Position numbers and translations under genes: made by a program. Of a DNA stretch of 64,000 nucleotides, positions 13,761 through 25,845 are shown piece by piece (position 1 is the stretch's first letter; each line of letters opens with the position of its first letter). This DNA comes from Octopus vulgaris (taxonomy: Eukaryota): positions 55,924,001 through 55,988,000 of the forward strand of contig OX597825.1 in the NCBI GenBank assembly GCA_951406725.2, written 5' to 3'. Below the pieces are notes generated by a model, which saw nothing but the letters and a program-made list of their open reading frames with translations, had not been told where the DNA came from and did no database searches.

Positions 13761-14535
13761 TACAATTACAACTTCAGCATTTAGCAAAAGATCAGAAGTG
13801 GTGAATTGTTGGAGAAATTCCATTGATATTTATTGATGAATTTCCAACTATCAAATATTATTTCCTATATAATGGATTTATCATATTATGAAAGATATTC
13901 ATATATTGGAAAAGAAACAAATCATCTAAATATCCAACATTAAAACTCTATTAACAATAGTCTCCAACTTTACTTATATGTGTTTTATACGCATGATACT
14001 GAAGGAGGAAAATATCAAGTGCTTTTCTTGTAAATAGATGAATATAACGTGTTCTGCCCATGAAATTTGAATAAATGAGTGAGTGACGCGTAGCTTAATA
14101 GTATATTCGGTAACCAATCAAAGCTTCCTCGTTAATTCTATTTCGATGAGTTTAAAATATTATTGCTTATATGTTGTCACGCTGCTTTCTTACTTTGATT
14201 GTTTTAAACTTTTTCAACACGAAACTCAATATTTTTAGGTTTCTAATCAAATGTACACACACTTTTATATTTGAAGTATATCTTGTCATTGTAAACAAAA
14301 ACGTTCATCAATGTGCCTATCTCTCCAAATATGTATGTGTGTGTTTGCGTGTGTGTGCGCGCACGCGCATATGTATGTATGTCATTATTCAGTTTATTTC
14401 AAGATTTCTTGCCAATGGACAAGGAGCCGGTTTCTAACCTAGATCCGAAGGTCCTTCTTTTGAATTTCAAAAATATCAACAGGGTACTTTCATATGGTTA
14501 CATTCATACATATATATGTATACATACATAGGTAC

Positions 14536-14584
<49 letters not shown>

Positions 14585-14740
14585 ATGGGTTTCTTTCAGT
14601 TTCCATCGACCAAATTTACTCTCTAGGCTTTGGTCGGTCCGAGGCTACAGTAAAAAAAACTTGCACAAATTGCCATGCATGGGGATGAACCCGGAACCAT
14701 GTGGTTGGGAAACAATGCCTCCTACACAGTGACACCTGCG

Positions 14741-14826
<86 letters not shown>

Positions 14827-14830
14827 ATAT

Positions 14831-14990
14831 GATTATAAATAAGGGCAAAAGAAAAAAAATTCTATGCCAATATGCTGAGAAATAGACTTTAAATCGTCAA
14901 TCACCACATACAATATAACGATTGATGATTTAATGTCTATTTTTCACCATATTGGCATAGAATTTTTTTCTTTTGCCCTTATTTATGATT
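14831..14990. repeat. Near-perfect fold-back inverted repeat (~70-bp arms, 17-nt loop)
   Basis: ataaataagggcaaaag..ttctatgccaatatg..aatagac..taaatc.tcaatc (14835-14902) pairs with 14920-14986. Confidence 0.92.
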
Positions 14991-15204
14991 GTTTATAATT
15001 TTTTTACCTTAAAAGGTATTCTTATATATACTGGCCACTTGATGAAATTTTTGAAAAATTATAACCTATATTAGATGTATAAATATATAATCGTAACAGC
15101 AACAGCAGCTGTAACAACGATCTCAAAACTAAACACAAAAAGCCGAAGACATATTTTACGACAATTATGATGAGTGCGGGTATATGACACTGAGTAAATA
15201 TTAA

Positions 15205-15449
15205 TGGAGATTGTGGTGGCGGTGGTTGTGCTGGTGGTGGTAGTGGTGATGGCGACGGTGGTGATAGTGGCGACAGTGGTGGTTGTGATTGTGGTTGCGG
15301 CGATGGTGGTAGTACGATAGCGGATGGGATAGGTTTTTGACCGTCATATTGGTAAAGTGGTGACTATATTGGTGAAGCTTCTAGAGGGCAAATTATTCGT
15401 GTGTTGGTAACAGTAATACTAGTAGCAGCAGCAGCACCAGCAGCAGCAC

Positions 15450-15484
<35 letters not shown>

Positions 15485-15705
15485 TTTGTGGTAATGGTGG
15501 TGCTAGTGGTGGTAGTAGTAGTAGTGCTTGTGGTGGTGGAGATGGTGATAGTGGTGGTGGTGGTAGTAGTAGTAGTGTTGGTGTTGTTGTTGTTGTTGTT
15601 GGTGGTGGTGGTAGTAGTAGTAGTAGTAGTGTTTGTGATGGTGGTGATGGTGGCGGTTGTAGTGCTGGTCGTGGTGTTGGTGGGGTCAGTGGTGTTGTTG
15701 GTGAC
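15205..15705. repeat. Compound (GTA/GTG/GTT)n trinucleotide low-complexity tract
   Basis: Directly visible. It produces the spurious poly-V and poly-T ORFs. Similar tracts at 30380-30518 and 36996-37235. Confidence 0.95.
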
Positions 15706-16088
15706 AAAGAGTAGAGGTGTCTTAGAGCGAGGTAGCCTCAACGATGAAATGGTAAAATGTGAAGCCCTCTTTGACAAGAATCATTTGAGAGCGAGAGAGA
15801 ACGAGAGTGAGAGTGAGACTGAATGTGTGTGTGTCTGTGTGTCTGTGTCTGTGTCTGTGAGTGAGAGAGAGAGAGAGAGAGAACAAGAAAGGCAGAGAGA
15901 GACTAAGTGGGTAAGAGAGTGAGTGAGAGTATGGGTGAGACAGTAAGTCAGAATTAGATGGAGATTAAATAGAATCGAAGTCAGAATTACGTTATAAGAG
16001 ACACAGAAATACTCTAATATTGGTAATATTAAATGTATTTCGAAAGCTCTGTCCCCCTCTCTCTCACGTACACACTCTTTCTCTCTCC

Positions 16089-16121
<33 letters not shown>

Positions 16122-16144
16122 CGCACGCGAGTGTGTGTGTGTGT

Positions 16145-16478
16145 GAAGGCGATTGGCTCAGTGGTTAGAGCGTCGAACTTACAATCGTGAGGTTATGAGT
16201 TCGAATCCCGGACCGGGCTATGTGTTGTGTTCTTGAGCAAGACACTTTATTTCACGTTGCAGCAGTTCACTCAGATGCAGAAATGAGTTGCGACATCACT
16301 GATGCCAAGCTGTATCTGCTGTTGCCTTTCCCTAGGATAACATCGGTGGCGTGGAGGGATGAGGCTAGTATGTATGGGTGACTGTTGGCCTTCCATAAAC
16401 AACCTTGCCTGGACTTGTGCCTGGGAGGGTAACTTTCTAGATGCAATCCTACGGCCAGTCATGACCGAAGGGGGTCTC
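16145..16478 (+). mobile_element. tRNA-derived SINE family C, tail variant 1, full-length
   Basis: gaaggcg..tggctcagtggttagagcg (A box), gagttcgaatccc (B box), core ttgtgttcttgagcaagacactttatttcacgttgc, end catgaccgaagggggtctc. Same as 39789-40110(+) and 55290-55600(-). Confidence 0.92.
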
Positions 16479-16796
16479 AATATAGGTAATCCAAAACACT
16501 AAATCTACATTCGACACGGTAGCAGCAAAAAAATATATGTTACTTAATAACACAACAATATGTGTGTGTGTGATACATATTGATATATGTATATATTCAT
16601 ATATACATATATATATTTCTATACACATATATACATATATGTGAATATTATATATATATACTAGTGCATGTATATATGTATATATATATGTGTACATATT
16701 ACACGTACATCTATAGATATACATCTACACATAAAATACAAAATACAAAGTTATATCTTGATATCGCTAGTGATAACAATACTCAAAATATATAAG

Positions 16797-17650
16797 ACTG
16801 GATTTGTAGGCCCGTCTCTTGCAATTTCGATCAATTGTATCTAGTCCTCCCTCTTGTATAGAAGTGTGGCTACAGTCCACCCTACCTCTACTTCCGGGGA
16901 GACATTTTTAATTTTTATCCGAGACGTCCTACGTCCCAGATATAAAGGTTAGAATAAAATATTTCCACTTTGCAAGGTTCGAGTCGAGTACTCCCTTGCA
17001 CGCTCCGTTGACTCGAACCATGCTTCTATTGTGGTGAATTTACCGTCTCTGGTTAGATACTTGATATCTTTCATAGTCGCACCAAGACACTTTTCGATGT
17101 GTTTAAATCCAGGTGTTTAAATCTTTTTTTTCTCTACATTGTATACTTTATAGACAATAGTTTTTTCTTTGATTTAAGTTTTTATTTCGTTTGGTGGTGT
17201 TATCATAGATACACCGTCTTTATCGGTGATCAATCCGAAAGAGGTTTGTATTTCTTCCATTTTAATTTTAATGAGTTCGCGCCCGCCGACGGCTGCAGCG
17301 AAATTCATTTTTGGACTTTCTTCTATCGAAGGCATTTTAAAAATGCTTCCGTATAAACGGTGAAAATATTGTCAATTTTCCCAAACAGGGACACAATTCA
17401 AGTTTTAAACAATAACCAAACCTCCTTCTCCCAAAGGGGGAGGGTTACGGTTTACAATTATTTAACAAATGCAACACAACAACATTTCCCTTACGCGGAA
17501 CCAACAAACGTGATAACAATAGTTAAACAGTAATAATAATAACAACAAACCTTACGGTGAGTCAAAAAGCAGTACGCAGTTGAAGCTATAGTCCTTTATG
17601 TATAAAAAATAAACCAACAGCAGTACTCAGTAGAAGCGGCTGCTCGAGAA
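16797..17650 (-). mobile_element. 5' remnant of an L1/Tx1-type LINE: putative 5'UTR plus degraded ORF1
   Basis: From ATG at 17335 the minus strand reads MPSIEESPKMNFAAAVGG...TIVYKVYNVEKKRFKHLD / IEKCLGATMKDIKYLTRDGKFTTIEAWFESTERAREYSTRTLQSGNILF*PLYLGRRTSRIKIKNVSPEVEVGW, with stops and a frameshift. It resembles Tx1-type ORF1 (RRM-like) from memory. Confidence 0.6.
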
Positions 17651-18033
17651 AACAGATATTACATAGAGCCAAACTTCATATAGATACTTAATGCTAGCTA
17701 ATTAGCAGATAATCTAATGTAAAAGACGTGGTAAAGGGTATGTGCACAACTCCATCTGGACTATTCCATTTCTGCACACTAATTTTATTTTTAATTTATT
17801 CCCATTCATGTGAAACCACTTATTCAAGTTCAAGTCATTGATGCAATTTTATACCAATTGCTATTTTTACTTTTTTATGTTACGATTATATCATACTTTA
17901 GTTTGATTTTAATTATTACTTACTACATATAATTCAATTGTTATTATTATCTCTAATTTTTATTGTTAAAGTGAAAGTATCTGACATAAAATAGAGAAAT
18001 GTTTTTGTTTCACTTTTAACACGTACTACTGAA

Positions 18034-18368
18034 ATAGTGGAGAAGATATGATATTGCTATGGGCTCGCCCTAGGCAAAAAGTTGAACATTCTTTTTGCCC
18101 ATGAAACCACATGGACCCTACGTAAGGCATGTGTAAAATTTGAATGAAATTGGTTGTGTAGTTCTCGAGTTTTAGGGAATCATAGTGGAGAAGATATGAT
18201 ATTGCTGTGGGCTCGCACTAGGGAAAAAGTAAAAAATTGTTTTGCCGATGACACTCCCCGGACCCTAAGTAAGGAATGGGTAAAATTTGAATGAAATTGG
18301 TTGTGTAGATCTTAAGTTTTAGGGACAGACAGACAGACAGACACACATTCTCAGTTTTATATATATAG
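18034..18368 (+). mobile_element. Helitron/Helentron-like non-autonomous element: two 148-bp core repeats, (GACA)n, end ttttatatatatag
   Basis: Units begin atagtggagaagatatgatattgct at 18034 and 18182, both contain aaaatttgaatgaaattggttgtgtag, and a GACA microsatellite follows. This is the usual core-repeat plus microsatellite layout. Confidence 0.7.
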
Positions 18369-18369
18369 C

Positions 18370-18605
18370 GATAAGACCTATTAAGTCAAGTAAAATCATA
18401 GTCGTGCAGATACTGGTGTCATGCAAAAGGCACGTAAAAGCGACAATTACACGACTGGAGTGGTTGGCATTAGTAGGGGCATCCAACCGTAGAAACCATA
18501 TCAAAGGAGACTGGAGTTTAGTGCAGTCTTCCAGTTTGCTAGCCCTGGTAAAGTCTTCCAACCCATGCCAGCATGGACAACGGACGTTAAATTATGATCA
18601 TGACA
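18370..18605 (+). mobile_element. 3' part of a further SINE or LINE-tail repeat (family D)
   Basis: gtggttggcattag.aggggcatccaaccgtagaaac...ccaacccatgccagcatgga.aacggacgttaaa, with a (tga)n-like tail. Confidence 0.6.
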
Positions 18606-18779
18606 TATATACGTGTCTGTGTGTGTGTATATGTTTGTGGGCGTGTGTGTGTGTGTTTATATTATACATGTAAGCATATGAACGGATGCAAACATGTATA
18701 TATATATATATATATGCATATATATTTATCTCTATATTTGTGTGTATACATACAACAATATATACTAGCGACGTCACTT

Positions 18780-19490
18780 AAAAAGGAGAAAAAATTGCCA
18801 TCATCGTGTTATCAAATAACTGCAGAAAAACAATTTCGTCGCCAAGGACATTCATGCTGACATTGTTGTTATACTAGATGAGGCTTCTGTTTCATCAACA
18901 GCACGGATGTTGGCAGCTGAATTTAGGAAACGAACAGAAGTTTTGAAGATGACCCCGGGGTTTGGACGTCCTGTAGCTGCCACCACCTAGGAAAGCATAA
19001 ATCGCGTTAACCACATGCTGTTGAATGACAGGCGGTTGGACTATAAATCAAATAGCAATGCTATTAGCATATCCTGGGAGAGAGCTGAATATATTCTGCA
19101 CTATGATCTTGGCATGGTGATGGTTTCTGCTCGGTGAGTGTCACATTTGACATCTGATCACATCATGAGAAAATCTGTTTGAGGCTGATCTAGCCGGTTT
19201 TCTTGAACGTTTCCTAACCCGGCATGAGATCGGTTTCAGCACTTTGAGACAGACACAAAGTGACAATCCCTCAGTGGAAACAGCCCTCTGCACCTATCCA
19301 AAGAAGTTCAAAATCGTCTCATCTTCAGGGAAGGTGATACCTTCAGTTTTTGGCATGCAAAAGGCATTGTGTTTATAGACTATCGTCAGAAGGGCTGCAT
19401 CATCAATGGAGAGTACTATGCCAAATTTCTTAAGGAGTTACGAAATGCTATCAAGACCAAATGGCCAGAAAACTGACGAAAGATAAATCT
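18780..19490 (+). mobile_element. Mariner (DD34D-type) transposase fossil
   Basis: Frameshifted translation: PKDIHADIV..AAEF..FEDDP..GRP..NDRRL..ISWERAEYILHYDLGM..VSAR*V..FLERFLT..PKKFKIVSSSGKV..KGIVFIDY.QKG.IINGEYYAKFLKELRNAIKTK. Confidence 0.88.
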
Positions 19491-19571
19491 CATTTCGATA
19501 CTTGCCATGAGAGTGTCTTGATCAGCTGATGAACTGTGTTGCCGTGCCCCGTACATGTATGTATGCATATG

Positions 19572-19614
<43 letters not shown>

Positions 19615-19642
19615 ACACACACTTATGTATATATATATATAT

Positions 19643-19719
<77 letters not shown>

Positions 19720-20223
19720 GAGTGAGAGAGCAGTGCATGCCATCAAAGTGACACTGGTGTAAAATATACGAAGCCCAGTTATACGCATCATGACTACCAG
19801 TCTGATAAGTGTACACTAGGCACATGCATCACAACCATATGTGCGCGACATGGTGATATCATATCAAGATAAACAGCACATGACCTTGCAGGTGGAGCCC
19901 AGTTAGAATTTTCTTCTGGTCGAGTAACCTATCCTGCTTAAAAGGTTCCTGAATAAGGGTTGTTTAAGGATGTTGAACACAAGACCCATGTTTCCAGAGG
20001 TGAATTATTCAAACTCCAAAGAATCCCTCTCAACACATGGCTATGATGCTGCCCTACTACTTCTGCTCGTGATCAGAGTTGCACATATCATCAGCCACTA
20101 AGGGCCATGCTCAACTGGTTAAGGTAAAAAAACTGACAAGCAAATCAGTGGTATTCAGCACAATATTTGCTGTAGCCCATCTATTATACCAAGACAAAGC
20201 AATGTACATGATAACACTTTCAA
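19720..20223 (-). mobile_element. Non-coding retroposon or LINE 3' region ending in an (AAT)n tail, flanked by TTA arrays
   Basis: Homologous over ~390 bp to 52100-52490 (gtgcgcgacatggtg, cccatgtttccagaggtgaattattcaaac, cacatggctatgatgct). TTA arrays on both sides. Confidence 0.75.
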
Positions 20224-20295
<72 letters not shown>

Positions 20296-20303
20296 ATTAT
20301 TAT

Positions 20304-20581
20304 TCAGTAGTTTTATTTTTATAGCGTGCTTTCACTTCACTACCGAGCGCAGCTCTGTGTGCCTTGGGTATGTGCTGTGATTTGTTGTGATGCTCTGATT
20401 GTTATTGTATGGAAATTGTTCTGCGTAGGATGTGTGCAGTGCCTAGTAGTGCAATTTTCTGTATGTTATATGTGTTTGTAAGTCCTGGCGTTTTTGTTAT
20501 GTATTTGTCTGAATATTTTTTTATCATGCCTAATGCACCTACTATGATAGGAATTGTTTCTGTTTTCAGATTGCACATTCT

Positions 20582-20583
<2 letters not shown>
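20304..20583 (-). mobile_element. Extreme 3' end of a second R4/Dong-clade element inside a (TAA)n array
   Basis: RMCNLKTETIPIIVGALGMIKK..PGLTNTYNIQKIALLGTAHILRRTISIQ* followed by a short 3'UTR. (TTA)n at 20224-20303 and 20584-20775. Confidence 0.9.
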
Positions 20584-20661
<78 letters not shown>

Positions 20662-20687
20662 CATCATTAGTATTGTTGTTGTTGTTG

Positions 20688-20776
<89 letters not shown>

Positions 20777-20782
20777 TCGCTT

Positions 20783-21005
20783 AAGGCGGCGAGCTGGCAG
20801 AATCGTTAGCACGCTAGGCGAAATACTTAGCGATATTTTATCTGCCGCTTCTGTTCTGAGTTCAAATTCCGCCAAGGTCGACTTTCCCACTTCATCCTTT
20901 CGGGTTTGATAAAATAAGTACACGTTTGAACACTGGGATCGATGTAACCGACTCATCTCCTCCTTCGAAAAATCGCTGACATTGCGGCAAAATTTGAAAG
21001 CATTA
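20783..21005 (+). mobile_element. SINE family B monomer
   Basis: aaggcggcgagctggcagaatcgttagcacg head, core and attattatt tail. Further monomers at 38723-38915(+), 41110-41325(-), ~49895-50050(+). Confidence 0.9.
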
Positions 21006-21535
21006 TTATTATTTCCCTTAGCCATAGCAATATTAATAACCTGGTGTTAGAACTCAATATACATATACTTCAGAACAAAGTGTCAGTCGAATACTGAGTA
21101 GTAATAAGAAATATATATGACAAAGAAAAAGAAAATATGCAAGGAACTTCATTGGCTTTCAGCTGTTTCTGCTACTTGATACATCGCCCTCATATTCGAA
21201 TGTTTGTGTAGCACTCAATAGCTTCATTCGAACTTCATCGAATAACATGTATATGTATTGACTGGCATGATATGGTCACATGGATACAAATTTTGGTACA
21301 GTTCTATATTGTTTCGGATTCAGTAGCTTGTGTCAATAAGTTCAACTGGACCTCGGATATGACCAATACTGTATGTGTGGAATTCGGTAGAAATTTTGTT
21401 GAGGACCGACGTATGTCAGTGCGTGTGTGTGTGTGATTGAGTGTGCGACTGTATGTGTGTGAGACATCTTCAAAAATGCACATGAAACTTCAACACGAAT
21501 GAGTCTAAAATAGATAGATACATACATACATACAT

Positions 21536-21685
21536 ACTCCTTGCTTTTTCTGTGTCCCTTTCTGTAGAAGCGCGTAGGCTCGAAACGTAAAATACTTTTC
21601 CTATTCCTGAGCGTTATACTAATACATCTGTTTGTTTTGTACACCACCTGTCTTCGTCTTTTGTTTTTTCGTAAACTCTCCCTAT
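21536..21685 (+). mobile_element. Short Penelope-like repeat fragment carrying a minimal hammerhead-like motif (21558-21593)
   Basis: Homologous to 53900-54090. Reads cttt-CTGTAGA-a-gcgc-gtag-gctc-GAAA-c-GTA-aaa. Penelope affiliation is inferred from the motif. Confidence 0.55.
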
Positions 21686-21713
21686 ACACACATACATAAA
21701 TAGACAGACAGGC

Positions 21714-21883
<170 letters not shown>

Positions 21884-22037
21884 TTAATTACGTATTCATA
21901 TGTTTCAATAAAATATATATGTCCAGGATATACTTGTCCAGCAATATGCTTATATCGACCCACATCCACAAACATTCTTACACATCAAGAAGTACATTTA
22001 TACATATGTTTTTGTATTTATGTATATATCTTTGTGC

Positions 22038-22076
<39 letters not shown>

Positions 22077-22315
22077 CATAATATATGTATATATGGGTAA
22101 AGGACGTCACCAACAGTATACAACATGAAATACGAAAACTAATGAGCTCAATGCTCAAACAACAAGAGAAACAAATGGAAAACAGGGCAAGTAACACAAA
22201 GAACGACCCTTCATCAGTTGTCGGCTGTCTATCTACTTCTCATTTAGAGCATATAAACATATAGATATATAAATATGTACATGTACATATATATATGTGT
22301 GTGTGTGTGTGTGAG

Positions 22316-22349
<34 letters not shown>

Positions 22350-22502
22350 CATGAATGAAAGCACATAGCCCGTAAGTACATACATCCACACGCATACAAA
22401 CACTCGCACCTACTTTACTATACAATGTCTAGTTAGGTTATTTAATGAAAGCAACATTTGCCGCCTAAGTTATTTTTCTACCACACAGCTACTGCATTAG
22501 AG

Positions 22503-22564
<62 letters not shown>

Positions 22565-22872
22565 GGCACATGTATAAATTCATTTATCTATATATATACC
22601 CATACTAATATGCATACATACATACACATATATGTATGTACGTACGTATGTGTTTGCGTATATATATATATATATATATATATCCATGTTAAATAAAACG
22701 GTTAGCTTCAGTTGATTTAACGGAATAGCAGCATAGAATAATACTGCCTGGCAGTCTGTGAGTCTTTTATATTGATTTCTATGTAACTAGGCATCAACCA
22801 CATGTAGCATAGCTATAGATGGCAGTACACGATTGGAACGGGAATGAAATTATAGCATTGACGTATATAGGT

Positions 22873-22934
<62 letters not shown>

Positions 22935-22943
22935 TATAAGTAT

Positions 22944-23015
<72 letters not shown>

Positions 23016-23584
23016 TATTCAGACGTATGTATTATGAAATTCGTGTTGTTCGGGACTCTAACTTTCCTTCAGTGGTTTATTTAATTTGTCTCTCCTCCAT
23101 GTTGAGTCCCTCCACCCGAAAATGCTCTCGTGTTATACTTAAATTTGTCTTAAAATAATCATCTCAGTATTTCAAACAAACATACATACATACATAAGCA
23201 CATACATACGTGTGTGTGTGTGCATGTGTGTGTGTGTGTGTGTGTTTGTTTGTGTGTGTGTATCAAAACCAAATGGAACCCACTGAATTCGAACCTATTT
23301 CGTAAACCCTCGTTTACTGATTAGGTATCTCTGCCTTTATTTCCCTCTCTTTCTTTCTCTCTCTCTCTCTCTCCCTCCCCCCGTCCATCTCTTTCTCTCT
23401 CTTTCTCCACGCTTAATCTCTCCCGCTTCTTAAGTCTCAACCCTCTCCTCCTTCTGTCTTTCATTCTTTCTCTTTCTTTGTCATTCTTTTTCCTCTCACT
23501 CGCACTCTCTATCTCTCAACCTGAGTCCCCCCTCCCTCCCTCTTTCTCTCTCCCTCTCTCTCTCTCAATAACTCACTCTTTAAT

Positions 23585-23706
23585 AGCGGAAGTGAACCGA
23601 AATGGACAAAACCAAAAACCAAAACCAGAACCGAACGGTACCGGAGCGACACAAATCGAAACCGGAAGTCGGTTTTTCGTTCCCAGACGACAACGAACCT
23701 CCCTCG
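23585..23706. promoter_or_regulatory. CpG-rich island with two ETS/GABP-type motifs between CT-rich tracts; possible promoter or enhancer
   Basis: gCGGAAGTg at ~23586 and aCCGGAAGTc at ~23661. About a dozen CpGs in ~120 bp; not repeated elsewhere in the window. Confidence 0.4.
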
Positions 23707-24505
23707 TCTTCTCGCTCTCTCTCCCCACTATTCTTCCTTCTCTCCCTCTCTGTTGCTCACTCTCTCCTCCTCTTTCTTTCACCCTTCTTCTCTTTCACGC
23801 TCTACACTACTGTTCGTAGTAGTGTGCTGTACGATAGTTAAACATTAAACATACCCAATACATACGTATCGATCACAATACGTATCGATCTTACATACCA
23901 TTCAATGTTCTCTCTTTCTCTCTTTCCACATTCACATTTTACCTACCTTTACTTGGTTGTTATAGCTTGTTGTTCTTACGACTGTTATTGTTGTTGCTGT
24001 TGTTGTAGTTGTGATTATGTAGTATTTTCGTGTTGGGATTTTTATTTATTTATTTATTCGATTCGAATATATAAAAAATACATACACAATCACACACGCC
24101 CGTGCACACACACACACAGAAACACGCATAAGTATGCATATACAAACGTGTGTGTGTGAATGCCTAAATATTTATATACATCTGTATATACGTCCCTGTC
24201 TAACTATTTATGTACACTTATATACAGGCACATACATACGAGCGAATATTACAACATACATGAGTGTGTGCGTGTGCATTTATGTGTGTATATATGTACA
24301 TGGAGAGAGAGTCAAAAACAAGCAAAAACAGATAATTATATATACCACCATATGCATATAATCATGCATATAGACACAGAATTGCACATGTATACACACA
24401 CGAAAAGACACATGCACACACATACACAAATACATACACACACACGTCCATTTTGTACATATGTGTACACTTATGTGTATATGCATCTGTCTCTCTCTCT
24501 CCTTA

Positions 24506-24614
<109 letters not shown>

Positions 24615-24623
24615 GTATGAATG

Positions 24624-24686
<63 letters not shown>

Positions 24687-25299
24687 TATGTATGTATATG
24701 CATATATACAATCTGTTTCCAACATAATGCCGTCTGTTCTAAAAGACGATTCTTGCTGTAAAGCGCAGCATCTTATCTTTGGTTAAACCTCCCCTTCTCC
24801 CCTCTCTCTCTCTCCCTACCTCCTCCTTCTCTCTTTCCTTTCCTCTCCATCTTTTCTTCTCTATCATTCTGTTTCCCCCCCTCTCTTTACCTTCTTAACC
24901 CTCACCTAATCACTCCACCTCTCACTGCTCCTCCCTCACTACCTGTCTATCTCTTCCAACAGCTCTCTGCCACATGGCGACCGACTAACAAACGTTGTTT
25001 GCCAGTTGCCAACATCTCTTCTTCGCACAAGTTGCTGCTGCAGTGAACAAAACAGCCCCTACTAGCGGGAGATAGCTTTTATTTCACTCCCGTTTAATTC
25101 ACAGTCTGTGCAGACATTCATATATACACGTATACATAGAAACATACATAAATAAATGCGTGTATGGATATATACATGTGTATTTATACATATATGTCTA
25201 CATACATACGTATGCTTATACACACAAGGATATATATATATTTCATATACGGATACCTTCTTATAAACACACATACACACATATATGTGTGGGTGTATA

Positions 25300-25358
<59 letters not shown>

Positions 25359-25369
25359 ATATACTCGTT

Positions 25370-25620
25370 ACTCTTTTACTTGTTTCAGTCATTTGACTGT
25401 GGCCGTGCTGGAGCACCGCTTTTTATTCGTGCAAATCGACCCCAGGACTTATTCTTAGTAAGCCTAGTCTCTTTTGCCGAACCGCTATGTTACGGGGACG
25501 TAAACGCGCCAGCATCGGTTGTCAAGCCATGTTGGGGGGGACAAACACAGACACACAAGTACACATACACACACACATACATACATATATACATACATAC
25601 ATACATACATTCATACATGC

Positions 25621-25702
<82 letters not shown>

Positions 25703-25845
25703 ACCACGGGCTTCTTTCAGTTTCCGTCAACCAAATCCACTCACAAGGCTTTGGTCGACCCGAGGTTATAGTAGAAGATACTTGCCCAAGATGCCACGCA
25801 TGTGGTTCGTAAGCAAGCTACTTACCACACAGCCTCTCCTATACA
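25370..25845 (-). mobile_element. SINE family A copy with expanded internal microsatellite
   Basis: Reverse complement of 2909-3350 with a longer (CATA)/(TA) run. Confidence 0.9.

Noticed and set aside
15364-15922. Mucin-like poly-Thr and hydrophobic poly-Val ORFs
   Set aside because: Compound trinucleotide repeat open on both strands; no splice or domain support.
16145-16220. tRNA gene-like sequence (A and B boxes)
   Set aside because: It is the head of SINE C, continues into a repeated body, and has no convincing cloverleaf or terminator.
25004-25020. Partial resemblance to miR-31/72 (minus strand) and a miR-2 seed at 1351
   Set aside because: Only partial matches and no supporting precursor hairpin.
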